NCBI GenBank assembly: GCA_963730605.1
Contig: CAVSSM010000009.1
Span: forward strand, 128,001-192,000
Direction: 5' to 3'
DNA: 64,000 nt
DNA from: an uncultured Chlamydiae bacterium
GTDB taxonomy: Bacteria; Chlamydiota; Chlamydiia; Chlamydiales; SM23-39
The first letter of the stretch is position 1. Each line of letters begins with the position of its first letter. The notes below the pieces were generated by a model, which was not told where the DNA came from, did not search any database, and saw only the letters and a program-made list of their open reading frames with translations. Position numbers and translations under genes: made by a program. Positions 8,494 to 19,327 of the stretch are shown here, piece by piece.

Positions 8494-11400
8494 ATGGAAA
8501 AACAACGCAAGTGGCAATTTCTTCTCATCCTCGCAGTCGTCGTTTTGACGGTTTACAACATCCTTCCCACCGTCTTTTATTACCTGAAACCGCTTAAAAG
8601 TTCTGTCAGCCCTGCTGCGGCCGAAACCATTGCCGCGAACATTGTCAAACGGTTGGACGATTTGGAGAAAGAAACTGCAGATTGGCTCCATTCTTATTGC
8701 GAGCTCATTCGGGTGAACCCTCTTTCTGTTTCGATCGATCCGGAAAATCGTCAGCTTGCCATCGTAACTTTTGCAAAAGAGGAAGAAGCCCGTCGATTGC
8801 GAGGGCTTCTGCCTCGCGCCGGAGCTTTGATGCCGTTCGGACCGGCCCAGTTATCCATCCCGCCGCAAGAAGACAGCGCGAATGAAGTCATCGTTCAAAG
8901 AAAAATTCCGGTTCAATTGGAGAGTCAAGATTTCATCTATCTTTCGAAAAATGACAAGCGGATCCTTGACGACCGGATGGAACAGATCGCCCTCGTCTTA
9001 GCCGGCCCGAGCGAACCCTCTATCTATTTGGATGCGTTGCAGCAAGGAAACGCTCCATTTCCAGTAATTGAGGCGCTCGTTGCAGACATCCATGCGATCT
9101 CCGAGACATTTGGCGAGAGCGAGCTCGGGTTAAAGTATGCGGCCCGCTTCACTCAAGGAGCGTTCGCCGACAAGACCGGCTCTGTCCAAAATTTGATGCG
9201 AGCTCTGGACGTTGCGGTATCCGCGATCCGGCAAGAAAAAAGCCGTTTGAAGGGGGAGGCCCAAGAGCAAAATTTGATTGTTTTAGAAAAGAAAGAAAAG
9301 AGTTTTGGGGCCGCCGCAGACTATCTAAAAAAACACGCTGCGCGGTTTGCGGAAGGATTAGCGCCAAGGAACGCCTCTCAAATCAGGCAGTCCCTTGCTA
9401 TTTCCGGCAAGTTCGATCTTACGGATATCCATCCCCTGTTTTCCGAACTTTCGATCGACCTTCAAAAAGATCGGATCGTCTTGAAATTCCGTTCCGACGC
9501 GGCGGCGTTTCGCGCGGCAGGGAAAAACAAGGAGCGGTTTGAGCAGCTTGTAATCGATGAACTCGCCCGCATCGGCAGAGAGTCATCCGAAGACCTGATT
9601 CCCGGCGAGACAGAGGTTTTCATTCCTTTGCATCGCCTTTCCAATCCTTCCGGATACTTGATCTTGGATCAGAAAAAACTGGCCGAGCGAATATCGAAAC
9701 AGCTTCAAGCATCCCTGAAGTTCCAATGGCGCCCAACGCATCCGGATTTAGCGGCGCTGCCCATCGTCGATTTCTCAACCTATCAAACTTTGCCGGTAGT
9801 TCAAAAAGCTCTCTGCCTCGTCGTTGCGTCCCCCTTAATTTCACAAGGCAATGATTTGGCTGGAATGAAATCAAATTCTATCTACATTGCGGCAAAAGGG
9901 ATCGAGAAGATCGCAAAACACTACGAGCTTTTTCCCGAATCCCCAATGGCCGCCTTGTTCAATGCCGATTTCCGGCGTCTCGCTGAAATCCTGCACGGGG
10001 ACGGTTTTGCGGCATGCCCCGGATCGGCCCGCTCCCGCCTTGCAGGTGCCGGTGATTTTCTCTTCGAAAAACCCAATTTCACGGCATCTCTTCTCGCAGG
10101 AACTCGGGAAGATTTCATCGTCCGCGGGACTAGAGAAATGGCCATCATCGAACTGGGAGATGTCGAGCAAAGGATCGCGGCCGAGAACAAAATTGAGACA
10201 GAGATCCATGAAGATCTCTTGAAATGGAAAGACGAATATCGAACGGCTCAAGTCAGCATCGATCCAAAAGTTCGCTTCGACGTTCCCAAACCATCGAAGG
10301 GGGTTTTTTGGAATAACATTCTCTTGTCGGCCCGTAAATATTGGCGCGGAGACGCTCGAAAAATCATCCGATGGGGACTCGACCTTTCAGGAGGGAAATC
10401 GATCCAAATCGAGCTCAGAGACGCGAGCCGTTTGCCGATCACTGATGACGCGGGACTAAAAACCGGGATCAATGAACTCTATAACCGCGTCAATAAGATG
10501 GGAGTGTCCGAGGTTTCGATTCGTCAAGTCGGCCATCATATTGTCCTTGATTTCCCAGGATCGCAGTCCATGTCGGCCGCCGAGCTGATCAAGGCATCGA
10601 CGATGTATTTTCATGTCGTGAATGAACAATTTTCCCCCTCCAATCCAACACTTGGGGATAGCGTCAACCGGTTCCTGCAGGAAATTTGGAATGAAGCCAT
10701 CGTGACTGGGCGAAAAGATCCGCAGAGCATCAATTCGATCGCCCGCAAACATCTCCATACTGAAGAGGGGGAGCTCCGGTCGCCGGCGGCGCAAATGCTC
10801 TCTGAAAACGGCCTGCGGCTCGCTGAATGGAACGACCCTGCAGCCTCCAGCTCCGTGGAGACGGCCGTATCGAAGATCGTTAGTATACGCGGAAACGATT
10901 TTACGGAATGGCAAAATCAAACCCACCCTCTTATGATCGTTTTCCGCAACTGGGCGATCGAGGGAGCCCATCTGGAGAATATCCATGCCGGATACGATCC
11001 GGCCAAAGGGAATTACCTCAACTTCGATGTCGCATCCACATTTGATGTTGGCGGGAAAACGATCCACCCTCAGAGCGACTTCTATGCATGGACCTCCCGC
11101 TATTCAAAAGACAAAGTTTTAGGGACGACCCTCGAAAATTTCTCGAGGGGCAGGGGATGGCGCATGGCGGTTCTTCTCAACGATTCGGTCATCAGCGCTC
11201 CGATGCTCGATGCCGGATTGCAAAGCAGCGCCACGATCAGCGGGAATTTTACGCAACGCGAAGTCAATCGGCTGGCTGCGGACTTGAGGGCCGGATCGCT
11301 GACCTACACTCCGCAAATCCTTTCTGAAAAGAACGTCAGTCCCGAGCTTGGAGCTCGAGACCGTCTCAAAGGCATCACCGCTACTGCTTTCGCTTTGATT

Positions 11401-12873
11401 CTGGTCATCGGGGCTATGTTGGCCTATTACCGATTCGGAGGGCTCGTTGCTTCCGTCGCAGTTCTTTTCAACCTTTTGATCCTTTGGGCAACTCTCCAAA
11501 ATTTGGGCGCCAGTCTGACACTGGCAGGCCTTGCTGCCGTTATTTTGACTGTAGGGATGGCCGTCGACGCCAACGTTCTCGTTTTCGAAAGAATCAAGGA
11601 AGAATTTGCTGAATCGGGTGACATTCGATCTGCATTGTCGGCAGGGTACAAAAAAGCCTACTCCGCGATCATCGATTCAAACGTCACCACCATCATCGCC
11701 GCCTTAATCCTCCTGAATTTCGACGCTGGGCCGATCAAAAGTTTTGCCGTGAACCTGATCATTGGAATCGCCTCTTCGATGTTCACGGCTCTATTCATGA
11801 CCCGTTTTTATTTCACCGGATGGGCCCAAAATCCCAAGAATACAAGCCTCAAGATGGCCAATTGGCTCCGCTCTCCGGATTGGGATTTCTTGAAGCGCGC
11901 CAAGCTGGCATTTGGGGTATCGGTTGCGATCATTGCGATCGGAGGCTCATTTCTAGCGGCAAAACGAAATTCCATTTTCGGCATGGATTTTACTGGGGGT
12001 TACGCGCTCAGCCTTGAATTGCAGGATAGTGGCGCTCCCCATTATGTCGAGGGGGTCGAAAAAGCCCTGATCAAAGCCGGCGCGGCTGCCCATGACTTCC
12101 AAATCCGTGAACTCCATCCGACAAACCACCTCAGGATCTTATTCGGCACGAGCCTCGAACAGCCGAATAAGCCCTTTTACGGGTTGCCGATCGAAAATGT
12201 GGGCCCTTCGATCATAAAAAATCCCAGGATCGAATGGGTGGTGAGCGCCCTTCATAAAGAGAGGATTGCTTTGTCTCCTCAAACTCTAGCTCGCCTCGAT
12301 TCGAATTGGACTGCGATGAGCGGTCAAATGTCTGACAGCATGAGAAATAATGCATTAATTGGTTTAGCTATCGCATTCCTCTCTATCTTTGTCTATTTGG
12401 CATTCCGGTTCGAATATAAATTTGCGGCCGCGGCCTTGATCTGCCTTTTTCACGACGTCCTGATCACGCTAGGGGTTGTCGGACTTCTCCACTCTATGGG
12501 ACTTGAAATCCAGATCGATTTGAATACGATTGCGGCTTTGATGACCATTATCGGCTATTCGCTCAATGACACGATCATCATCTTCGACCGGATCCGAGAA
12601 GAGATGCGAACCCCTGGCAATAGAAAACTCAATGGAATCGTGAATTCCTCTTTGAACGCCACTTTAAGCCGAACGACGATTACATCGGGCACGACTCTTT
12701 TGGTTTTGATCGCCCTGGTCCTTTTCGGGGGCCCCTCCATCTTCGGTTTTGCCCTGATCATGACAATCGGTGTCTTTTTCGGAACATTATCCTCTTGGTT
12801 CATCGCTTCACCCCTGATGATTTTTTTCCAAAGGCGAGAGGAGGGCAAACCGCTGGTGAGTCGTTCTTCGTAA
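8494..12873 (+). CDS. secDF: Protein translocase SecD/SecF fusion with large N-terminal periplasmic extension
   Basis: WGLDLSGG, GMAVDANVLVFERIKEE, GMDFTGG, GYSLNDTIIIFDRIRE. Confidence 0.95.
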   Translation: MEKQRKWQFLLILAVVVLTVYNILPTVFYYLKPLKSSVSPAAAETIAANIVKRLDDLEKETADWLHSYCELIRVNPLSVSIDPENRQLAIVTFAKEEEARRLRGLLPRAGALMPFGPAQLSIPPQEDSANEVIVQRKIPVQLESQDFIYLSKNDKRILDDRMEQIALVLAGPSEPSIYLDALQQGNAPFPVIEALVADIHAISETFGESELGLKYAARFTQGAFADKTGSVQNLMRALDVAVSAIRQEKSRLKGEAQEQNLIVLEKKEKSFGAAADYLKKHAARFAEGLAPRNASQIRQSLAISGKFDLTDIHPLFSELSIDLQKDRIVLKFRSDAAAFRAAGKNKERFEQLVIDELARIGRESSEDLIPGETEVFIPLHRLSNPSGYLILDQKKLAERISKQLQASLKFQWRPTHPDLAALPIVDFSTYQTLPVVQKALCLVVASPLISQGNDLAGMKSNSIYIAAKGIEKIAKHYELFPESPMAALFNADFRRLAEILHGDGFAACPGSARSRLAGAGDFLFEKPNFTASLLAGTREDFIVRGTREMAIIELGDVEQRIAAENKIETEIHEDLLKWKDEYRTAQVSIDPKVRFDVPKPSKGVFWNNILLSARKYWRGDARKIIRWGLDLSGGKSIQIELRDASRLPITDDAGLKTGINELYNRVNKMGVSEVSIRQVGHHIVLDFPGSQSMSAAELIKASTMYFHVVNEQFSPSNPTLGDSVNRFLQEIWNEAIVTGRKDPQSINSIARKHLHTEEGELRSPAAQMLSENGLRLAEWNDPAASSSVETAVSKIVSIRGNDFTEWQNQTHPLMIVFRNWAIEGAHLENIHAGYDPAKGNYLNFDVASTFDVGGKTIHPQSDFYAWTSRYSKDKVLGTTLENFSRGRGWRMAVLLNDSVISAPMLDAGLQSSATISGNFTQREVNRLAADLRAGSLTYTPQILSEKNVSPELGARDRLKGITATAFALILVIGAMLAYYRFGGLVASVAVLFNLLILWATLQNLGASLTLAGLAAVILTVGMAVDANVLVFERIKEEFAESGDIRSALSAGYKKAYSAIIDSNVTTIIAALILLNFDAGPIKSFAVNLIIGIASSMFTALFMTRFYFTGWAQNPKNTSLKMANWLRSPDWDFLKRAKLAFGVSVAIIAIGGSFLAAKRNSIFGMDFTGGYALSLELQDSGAPHYVEGVEKALIKAGAAAHDFQIRELHPTNHLRILFGTSLEQPNKPFYGLPIENVGPSIIKNPRIEWVVSALHKERIALSPQTLARLDSNWTAMSGQMSDSMRNNALIGLAIAFLSIFVYLAFRFEYKFAAAALICLFHDVLITLGVVGLLHSMGLEIQIDLNTIAALMTIIGYSLNDTIIIFDRIREEMRTPGNRKLNGIVNSSLNATLSRTTITSGTTLLVLIALVLFGGPSIFGFALIMTIGVFFGTLSSWFIASPLMIFFQRREEGKPLVSRSS

Positions 12874-12962
12874 TGCAACGAACTTCCGAGCATTTCGAAA
12901 CAAAATGTTTCTCTTTAAATTTTTGGAGGCTATATATAATCGGTTCGGGGGGGCTGTTTTTA

Positions 12963-14723
12963 ATGGATTCTGTCACATCAAAAGCAAAAGCGCCTCTATG
13001 GATCTATCCAAACAAAGACCCTTCGCTTCTTCAAGAAATCATCACTGAATTCAATATTCACCCTGTTACGGCACAAATTTTAATATCCAGAGGCTTTAAA
13101 ACAGTCCAGGAAATCCACGAATTTCTCTATGCTAAGCTGCCGAATCTTTTCGATCCCGATCTCTTTCCCGACATGGATAAGGCGATCGACCGGATTTTGA
13201 TCGCCATTAGAAAGAAGGAGCCGATCCTTATTTACGGCGATAATGATGTAGATGGCATGACCGCCGCCGCTCTCCTGACCGAGTTCTTTCGTGAAATCGG
13301 CGCTAAAGTTTATTTTGACATTCCCAATCGCGCCATGTTGAAAAAAAGCCTGATCGGCGACGCCTTGCAATTTGCCCTTCAAAGGCATTGTACTTTGCTC
13401 ATCACGGTCGATTGCGGAATTACGGCTGCGAAGGAGATCGAAGAGGTCGTAAAGCACGGGATCGACGTCATCGTCACCGACCATCATGAGCCTACCTCAA
13501 AAATTCCTCACTGCATCGCAACGTTGAATCCAAAATTGATCAACAGCACCTACCCGAACCGTGAACTTACGGGAGTCGGAGTCGCATTCAAGCTGGCCCA
13601 TGCCCTGACGAACATCTTGATTGAGAATGAAGAGATCAGCCCCACAAAAATCGACCTTAAGAAATATCTCGATCTCGTTGCCTTGGGGCTCATCGCCGAT
13701 ATGGGAGCCCTCAAGGGCGAAAACCGGATTTTGGTGCGCTACGGCCTAAAGGAGATGCGGCAGATGCAGCGCGTGGGATTGGCCAAGATGATTGAATTGA
13801 GCGAAATAGACCCGAAAGATCTATCCCCCGCCACCGTAGCTTCTAAAATCGCGCCGCGCCTCAATAGTTTGGGAAGGATCGCCGATCCCATTAAAGGCGT
13901 CGAGCTCCTCTTGCTCCATGGGCACCCGGAAGCTGAAGAGCTTACTAAAGAACTTGATCTCAATAACTTAGAAAGACAAAAAATTGAGCGCGAAGCGACT
14001 GACGACATCGAAGCCATCATTTTTCAAAATCCCGATCTTTTGAAAGACAAAGCGATTGTTTTGTATTCGGAAAAATGGCACCCGGGAATCATTGCGATTT
14101 TAGCCGCCCGTATCGCGAAACAATACAATCGGCCGACAGCCATCATTTCTATTGAACAAGGGGTTGGGAAGGGGTCTCTTCGCACTATTCCGGAATTTCC
14201 CCTCCTGCCTGTTTTAAAAGCCCATGGGGGGCTCCTCATCAATTTTGGAGGACATGACTACGCTGCAGGATTGACGATCAAGGAGGAAAACATCCCCATC
14301 TTCAAAAAGCGGTTCATTGAAGCTGCAGAGGGGCTGCTTAGGGAAAACGACGTGGTGTCGAAGCTGTATCTCGACGCCAAGATCGACTTCAGCGAACTTA
14401 CCTTCGATTTTATGGAGTCTCTCCATCTTTTAGAACCTTTCGGCAATGAGAACCCTCCTCCGATCCTTTTCTGCGACGCGACGCAAATATGGTCGCCTAA
14501 AGTCATTGGAAAGTACCATCTCAAGCTCTTTCTAGAACAAGGCGATCGGATGCTCGAAGGAATCGCTTTCGGATTGGCGGACCGGAAGGATGAGATCCGA
14601 GGTAAAAACCTCCTTTTAAGCGTAGCCTTTACCCCTCAAATCAATATGTTCCTCAATAAAGCGAGTATCCAGCTCTTAGTCAAAGACTTCCAAGTCCATG
14701 GCCCAAAAGCCCAGCCTGGCTAA
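12963..14723 (+). CDS. recJ: Single-stranded-DNA-specific exonuclease
   Basis: YGDNDVDG, ITVDCG, TDHH, FGGHDYAAG, LEPFGNENP; start MDSVTSK. Confidence 0.95.
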   Translation: MDSVTSKAKAPLWIYPNKDPSLLQEIITEFNIHPVTAQILISRGFKTVQEIHEFLYAKLPNLFDPDLFPDMDKAIDRILIAIRKKEPILIYGDNDVDGMTAAALLTEFFREIGAKVYFDIPNRAMLKKSLIGDALQFALQRHCTLLITVDCGITAAKEIEEVVKHGIDVIVTDHHEPTSKIPHCIATLNPKLINSTYPNRELTGVGVAFKLAHALTNILIENEEISPTKIDLKKYLDLVALGLIADMGALKGENRILVRYGLKEMRQMQRVGLAKMIELSEIDPKDLSPATVASKIAPRLNSLGRIADPIKGVELLLLHGHPEAEELTKELDLNNLERQKIEREATDDIEAIIFQNPDLLKDKAIVLYSEKWHPGIIAILAARIAKQYNRPTAIISIEQGVGKGSLRTIPEFPLLPVLKAHGGLLINFGGHDYAAGLTIKEENIPIFKKRFIEAAEGLLRENDVVSKLYLDAKIDFSELTFDFMESLHLLEPFGNENPPPILFCDATQIWSPKVIGKYHLKLFLEQGDRMLEGIAFGLADRKDEIRGKNLLLSVAFTPQINMFLNKASIQLLVKDFQVHGPKAQPG

Positions 14724-14743
14724 GAGGGCGATTCTACAATTGC

Positions 14744-14894
14744 ATCTGTGGTGGTCAATGGCAGCCGTGAACGGTTGCGTTTCCGTTTTCCGAGTAGTAT
14801 CAATGCTTTCTAAAATGGTGCAAGTCAACGGGAATAGATCGGAAAACGCAAACGTTCACGACATTCCTCTTGCTTGTTGGGAACGATCAGGGAT
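14744..14894 (+). ncRNA. Candidate structured small RNA (6S-like rod)
   Basis: Long stem CGTGAACGGTTGCGTTTCCG / CGGAAAACGCAAACGTTCACG; outer stem ATCTGTGGT / ATCAGGGAT; G-U pairs favour the + strand; TACAAT just upstream. Confidence 0.4.
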
Positions 14895-14948
14895 ATATCA
14901 CACTTTAAAGATTTATTTTTCAAGAAGATGCGTACAGGGAAATGAAAG

Positions 14949-14978
14949 AAAATCGCCCTCACGAGGGGGCGATTTTTT
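14949..14978. terminator. Bidirectional intrinsic terminator between recJ and euo
   Basis: AAAATCGCCCTC-ACGA-GGGGGCGATTTTTT hairpin with A and T tracts on either side. Confidence 0.8.
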
Positions 14979-15002
14979 GGAAGGAATATAGGGATTCTTT
15001 AC

Positions 15003-15446
15003 TTAGGTTCCGACTTGGGTGCTGCGGTTCAGGTAATTTTCCTGATACCCCTTAATGTCGTCAGTATGGATGACCCAAGCTGCGCCCTTGCGGTGCGCCT
15101 TTAACAATCCTACGCGCGTAGCGTAATAGATCTTTTGAGCTGGAATATTCAGAAGTTTTGCAGCTTGATTGACTGAGTAATACCCTTTGCGGTTGTCAAA
15201 AAGAAGCTCTCCCGCATACATCGACTTCGTACGGGAATACTTGTTTTTCCGATATTCAGCGAGGTCGTCCAGATGGATCGTCCAACGAGTCGAGTCTTTC
15301 GATGCTTTCAGTTTTTTTTGCTTAATCGCAACGTAAATGGCTTGACGGGTCACATTATTAATCCGGGCGGCTTCCGTGATCGAGACGACCTTAGTCGTAT
15401 CTCGGGATGGGCCCTGATTTTGCTCCCATGGCATTTTGTCGTTCAT
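15003..15446 (-). CDS. euo: EUO, chlamydial developmental transcription regulator (tandem HTH)
   Basis: VSITEAARINNVTRQAIYVAIKQKKLKA and YSVNQAAKLL..QKIYYATR..RKGAAWVIH; adjacent to recJ as in Chlamydia. Confidence 0.92.
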   Translation of the reverse strand: MNDKMPWEQNQGPSRDTTKVVSITEAARINNVTRQAIYVAIKQKKLKASKDSTRWTIHLDDLAEYRKNKYSRTKSMYAGELLFDNRKGYYSVNQAAKLLNIPAQKIYYATRVGLLKAHRKGAAWVIHTDDIKGYQENYLNRSTQVGT

Positions 15447-15768
15447 GGTTTCTTCCTCCCAATTTGTTTTTTACACTTTTAAATCGGCTAGGCCCTTAAA
15501 GAGATTATTTCTCAAAAGACCTCAATTCCGAACGTTTTTAATTTTCTGTTTTCACTAACCATTATTTCATGTTTCGCACTTAATTTCAACGAAATTCGTA
15601 CATTTAGATTAATGTTTTAATTGGGTTTTATCGAGATAATCGTTTTGATTATAACTTAATTAGTGTTAATGACTTGTGTTTTCATGGCTGAGGTTTTTTT
15701 TTTGGGTGTGCTTGGCAGAAACCGACCGGTTCGATATAGTCGAGTTTTTTCTATCCTGGGGAACTGCA

Positions 15769-17673
15769 GTGAAAAAATTGACTTTGATCTTCCTACTTTT
15801 GTGTGTATTTGCGGCCGAGTGCCGCATGCCGCAGATTTCCCCCAGAGACGCGAAGGCCAAAATTGAAGAAGTCCTTCGCTCTCATGCATCTTATAAATCA
15901 TTTACTCCTGTCTTGATGAAGAGGGTTCTGCAGAATTATCTCGATGAATTGGATCCGATGAAAACCTATTTCCTGGAACCCGAGATTGGAATTTGGATCG
16001 AACCTACTGAGGATCTTCTTCAAAGGGCCTTGGCAGGATTCAAAACGACCGATTATTCGGTTTTCCATGAAATCCATTCGGTCTTTTTGAAAGCCATGGA
16101 GAGAAGGGAGGCTTTGGAAAGCGAGATTGCCGGCGTAGCGCTGCCCACGGGAGTCAAAAGCGATGAATTCAAAGATCTGACGTGGGCTGCAAGCTATGAA
16201 GAATTAAGGACACGGATAGAACGGATCAAATCCCTCCAGCTTGAAGCTGCGGAGAAGATGGGCGATGAGGGGCGGGGCCGCTTTCTCCAGCGGCTGGAGA
16301 AACGGCGGATCAACCGGGGGCTCGAATTAACAGGACAGACGGCCGATGAACAATCGAAGATTGTTTTGACCCATGTGCTGAAGGCGGCCACATCCGCTCT
16401 CGATGCTCATACTAATTATTTTACCCCGAGCGAAGCCAACCAATTCATGATTCAAGTCCAACAGCGTCTTTTCGGGATAGGCGCGCAGCTTCGCGACGAT
16501 TTGGATGGGCTGACCATTATGCGGATTTTGGAGAATAGTCCCGCAGAGCAAAGCATGAAATTGAAGATCAACGATAAGATCATTGCGGTCGACCGGGAAC
16601 CTGTCGTGGGTATGGATATTATGGAAGCGGTAGAGCTGATCCGCGGGGAAAAGGGGACTCCTGTCCATCTTACTTTTTTGCGCGAAGGCGTTGTGATGGA
16701 GCTGGAGCTTGTCCGCGGAGAGGTTGTCCTTGAGGAATCAAGGCTGGAGACTCATCTCGAGCCTTATGGCGATGGCCAAATTGCGACGCTCCGCCTTTTT
16801 TCATTCTATCAGGACCAAACGTTCTCATCTTCCCAAGATATGCGCAAAGCTCTGGAGCAGATCAAAAAGGAACACAAGTTGAAAGGGGTGGTCCTCGACC
16901 TTCGCGGGAACGCCGGCGGCCTGCTCACCCAGGCAGTTTCCGTGACCGGCCTTTTCATCACCAAAGGAATCGTCGTGTCCGTAAAGGACAATACAGGCAA
17001 ATTGCAACATTTGCGGGAAATTGAAGGGAAGCTCGCCTGGGACGGGCCCGTAATCGTTCTCGTGAATCGGGCGTCTGCGTCCGCGGCCGAAATCGTCGCT
17101 CAGACGCTCCAAGACTATGGGCGCGCTGTCATAGTCGGAGACGATCACACCTTCGGCAAAGGGTCCTTTCAAACTTTTACTCTCGATCCCGTAAACAATC
17201 CCAAACTGAACCCGCAAGGCGAATTCAAGGTCACCCGCGGCAGATATTATACCGTTTCCGGAAAGAGCCCGCAGCTTCAAGGGGTCCGCTCCGACATCGT
17301 TGTCCCCGGGCTGCTTTCCCGGATCGACATTGGGGAGGAGTTTGCCAAGTTCCCCCTTGAAAACGATGAGATCGAACCCCATTTCGACGATGACCTCTCC
17401 GACCTTTCCGCTTTTCAAAGGCTCCAACTCGGCTCGCACTACCGCTCGAACCTGCAGCGGCGGCTCTTTACCTATGCCCCCTATCTCGAACTTCTCCAAA
17501 AGAATTCGAAACTCCGGATCGAGGGGAATAAGAACTATCAAAATTTTTTAGCTGAGCTGGACAAGAAAAATTTTGATGCCCCTGAGATCGACTTCTTCGG
17601 ACAAAGCGATCTGCAATATGCCGAAGCTCTGAACGTCATGAAAGACCTGGTCTACCTCCTGCCTGCGAAATAA
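15769..17673 (+). CDS. tsp: Tail-specific (S41) protease
   Basis: LDAHTNY, PDZ segment GIGAQL, DLRGNAGG, SASAAEI, TFGKGS; GTG start with signal peptide MKKLTLIFLLLCVFAA. Confidence 0.92.
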   Translation: MKKLTLIFLLLCVFAAECRMPQISPRDAKAKIEEVLRSHASYKSFTPVLMKRVLQNYLDELDPMKTYFLEPEIGIWIEPTEDLLQRALAGFKTTDYSVFHEIHSVFLKAMERREALESEIAGVALPTGVKSDEFKDLTWAASYEELRTRIERIKSLQLEAAEKMGDEGRGRFLQRLEKRRINRGLELTGQTADEQSKIVLTHVLKAATSALDAHTNYFTPSEANQFMIQVQQRLFGIGAQLRDDLDGLTIMRILENSPAEQSMKLKINDKIIAVDREPVVGMDIMEAVELIRGEKGTPVHLTFLREGVVMELELVRGEVVLEESRLETHLEPYGDGQIATLRLFSFYQDQTFSSSQDMRKALEQIKKEHKLKGVVLDLRGNAGGLLTQAVSVTGLFITKGIVVSVKDNTGKLQHLREIEGKLAWDGPVIVLVNRASASAAEIVAQTLQDYGRAVIVGDDHTFGKGSFQTFTLDPVNNPKLNPQGEFKVTRGRYYTVSGKSPQLQGVRSDIVVPGLLSRIDIGEEFAKFPLENDEIEPHFDDDLSDLSAFQRLQLGSHYRSNLQRRLFTYAPYLELLQKNSKLRIEGNKNYQNFLAELDKKNFDAPEIDFFGQSDLQYAEALNVMKDLVYLLPAK

Positions 17674-17798
17674 GAAGAGCCAATGATAAAAGACCCGACC
17701 GTCTATATTTCTTTATTTTTTAATACCTCAGAGAATAACTACCTCTTGACTAAGGCAGCCTGAATCGCCCAAAATAGAGGGCGATCCTGGAAAAAACT

Positions 17799-19325
17799 AT
17801 GACTGTACGAGTTCGAATCGCCCCCTCTCCGACAGGAGATCCCCATGTGGGAACGGCCTATATCGCCCTTTTCAACCTGATTTTCGCGCGCCATTTCAAG
17901 GGAAAGTTCATCCTCCGGATCGAAGATACTGATCAAACGCGCAGCCGTCCCGAATATGAAAAAAACATCATGGAGGCTCTTCGCTGGTGCAAAATCGATT
18001 GGGATGAAGGCCCCGATGTGGGCGGGCCCTGCGGTCCCTATAGGCAATCGGAGCGGACTGAAATTTACCGCAAGTATGTTTACGAGCTGCTGGGCAAAGG
18101 GCACGCTTATAAATGCTTTGCCACGCAAGAAGAGCTCACCGAGATGCGGGAATTGGCCGCAGCCGAAGGAAGGCGGGTCGGGTACGACAGGAGATACCGC
18201 AATTTGAGTCCGGAAGAGGTGCGGAGGCGCGAAGAGGCGGGACAGTCTTTCGTGATCCGGCTGAAAGTGCCCCTTACGGGAGAGTGCGTTTTCGAAGATG
18301 GGATCAAGGGGAGGATCACCGCTCCTTGGGCTGACATCGACGACCAGGTTCTTTTGAAATCGGACGGCTTCCCAACGTACCATCTTGCGAATGTAGTCGA
18401 TGACTACTTGATGAAAATCACCCATGTGATCCGCGGCGATGAGTGGATGAGTTCGACGCCGAAGCACATCCTCCTTTACGAATCTTTTGGATGGAAGCCC
18501 CCTGTGTTCATGCACATGCCTTTGCTCCTCGGCAAAGAAGGCAAGAAGCTCTCGAAAAGGAAAAACCCGACATCCATCTTCTATTTCCGAGACAGCGGCT
18601 ATCTCCCTGAAGCGCTCGTGAATTTCCTCACCCTCATGGGCTACAGCATGCCAGGAGAGCGGGAGATTTACACGCTCGATGAGATCGTCCGCGAATTCGA
18701 TCCGAAACGGATCGGCATTTCAGGCGCCTTCTTCGACATCCACAAGCTCGCTTGGGTCAATCAAAAGAAGATCATCGAATCGATCCCCGAAGATCAGCTT
18801 TGGACTCGGCTCTCCGAGTGGAAATTCAACGTTGGGTTCATGCTGAAGCTGATGCCGTTGATCCACACGCGGATTAAAACTTTTACCGATTTCATGCAGC
18901 TTTGCGACTTTTTCTTCATCTCCGACCTAAAATATACCCCTGAGCTCCTTTGCCCGAAGGAGACGGCGCCGGACGCTGTCGGTTGCATCCTCCAAGGGAT
19001 CGTTTGGAGCCTCGACGAGCAGGAAGATTGGAGCGGAAGCGGCCTTGAAAAAGCCTCGCACGAAGCAGCCGAGAGATTCGGCGTTCACCATAAAAAAATA
19101 GTGATGCACATCCTTTTTGCCGCGGTGATGGGCAAGCACATGGGCCCTCCTCTTTTCGATTCCGCTACGCTACTCGGCAAAGATATCCTCCGAGTCCGGT
19201 TTCTCACAGCGATCGAATGCCTTGGCGGGATATCGAACAAGCGGATGGACTTACTCAAGAAAGGATGGGACAAGAAAAATTGCCGTGAGATGATCGCAGG
19301 GGCGGGGGCCGTAAAGAGCAGCTGA
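17799..19325 (+). CDS. gltX: Glutamate--tRNA ligase
   Basis: RIAPSPTGDPHVG, RIEDTD, KLSKRK. Confidence 0.97.
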   Translation: MTVRVRIAPSPTGDPHVGTAYIALFNLIFARHFKGKFILRIEDTDQTRSRPEYEKNIMEALRWCKIDWDEGPDVGGPCGPYRQSERTEIYRKYVYELLGKGHAYKCFATQEELTEMRELAAAEGRRVGYDRRYRNLSPEEVRRREEAGQSFVIRLKVPLTGECVFEDGIKGRITAPWADIDDQVLLKSDGFPTYHLANVVDDYLMKITHVIRGDEWMSSTPKHILLYESFGWKPPVFMHMPLLLGKEGKKLSKRKNPTSIFYFRDSGYLPEALVNFLTLMGYSMPGEREIYTLDEIVREFDPKRIGISGAFFDIHKLAWVNQKKIIESIPEDQLWTRLSEWKFNVGFMLKLMPLIHTRIKTFTDFMQLCDFFFISDLKYTPELLCPKETAPDAVGCILQGIVWSLDEQEDWSGSGLEKASHEAAERFGVHHKKIVMHILFAAVMGKHMGPPLFDSATLLGKDILRVRFLTAIECLGGISNKRMDLLKKGWDKKNCREMIAGAGAVKSS

Positions 19326-19327
19326 GT

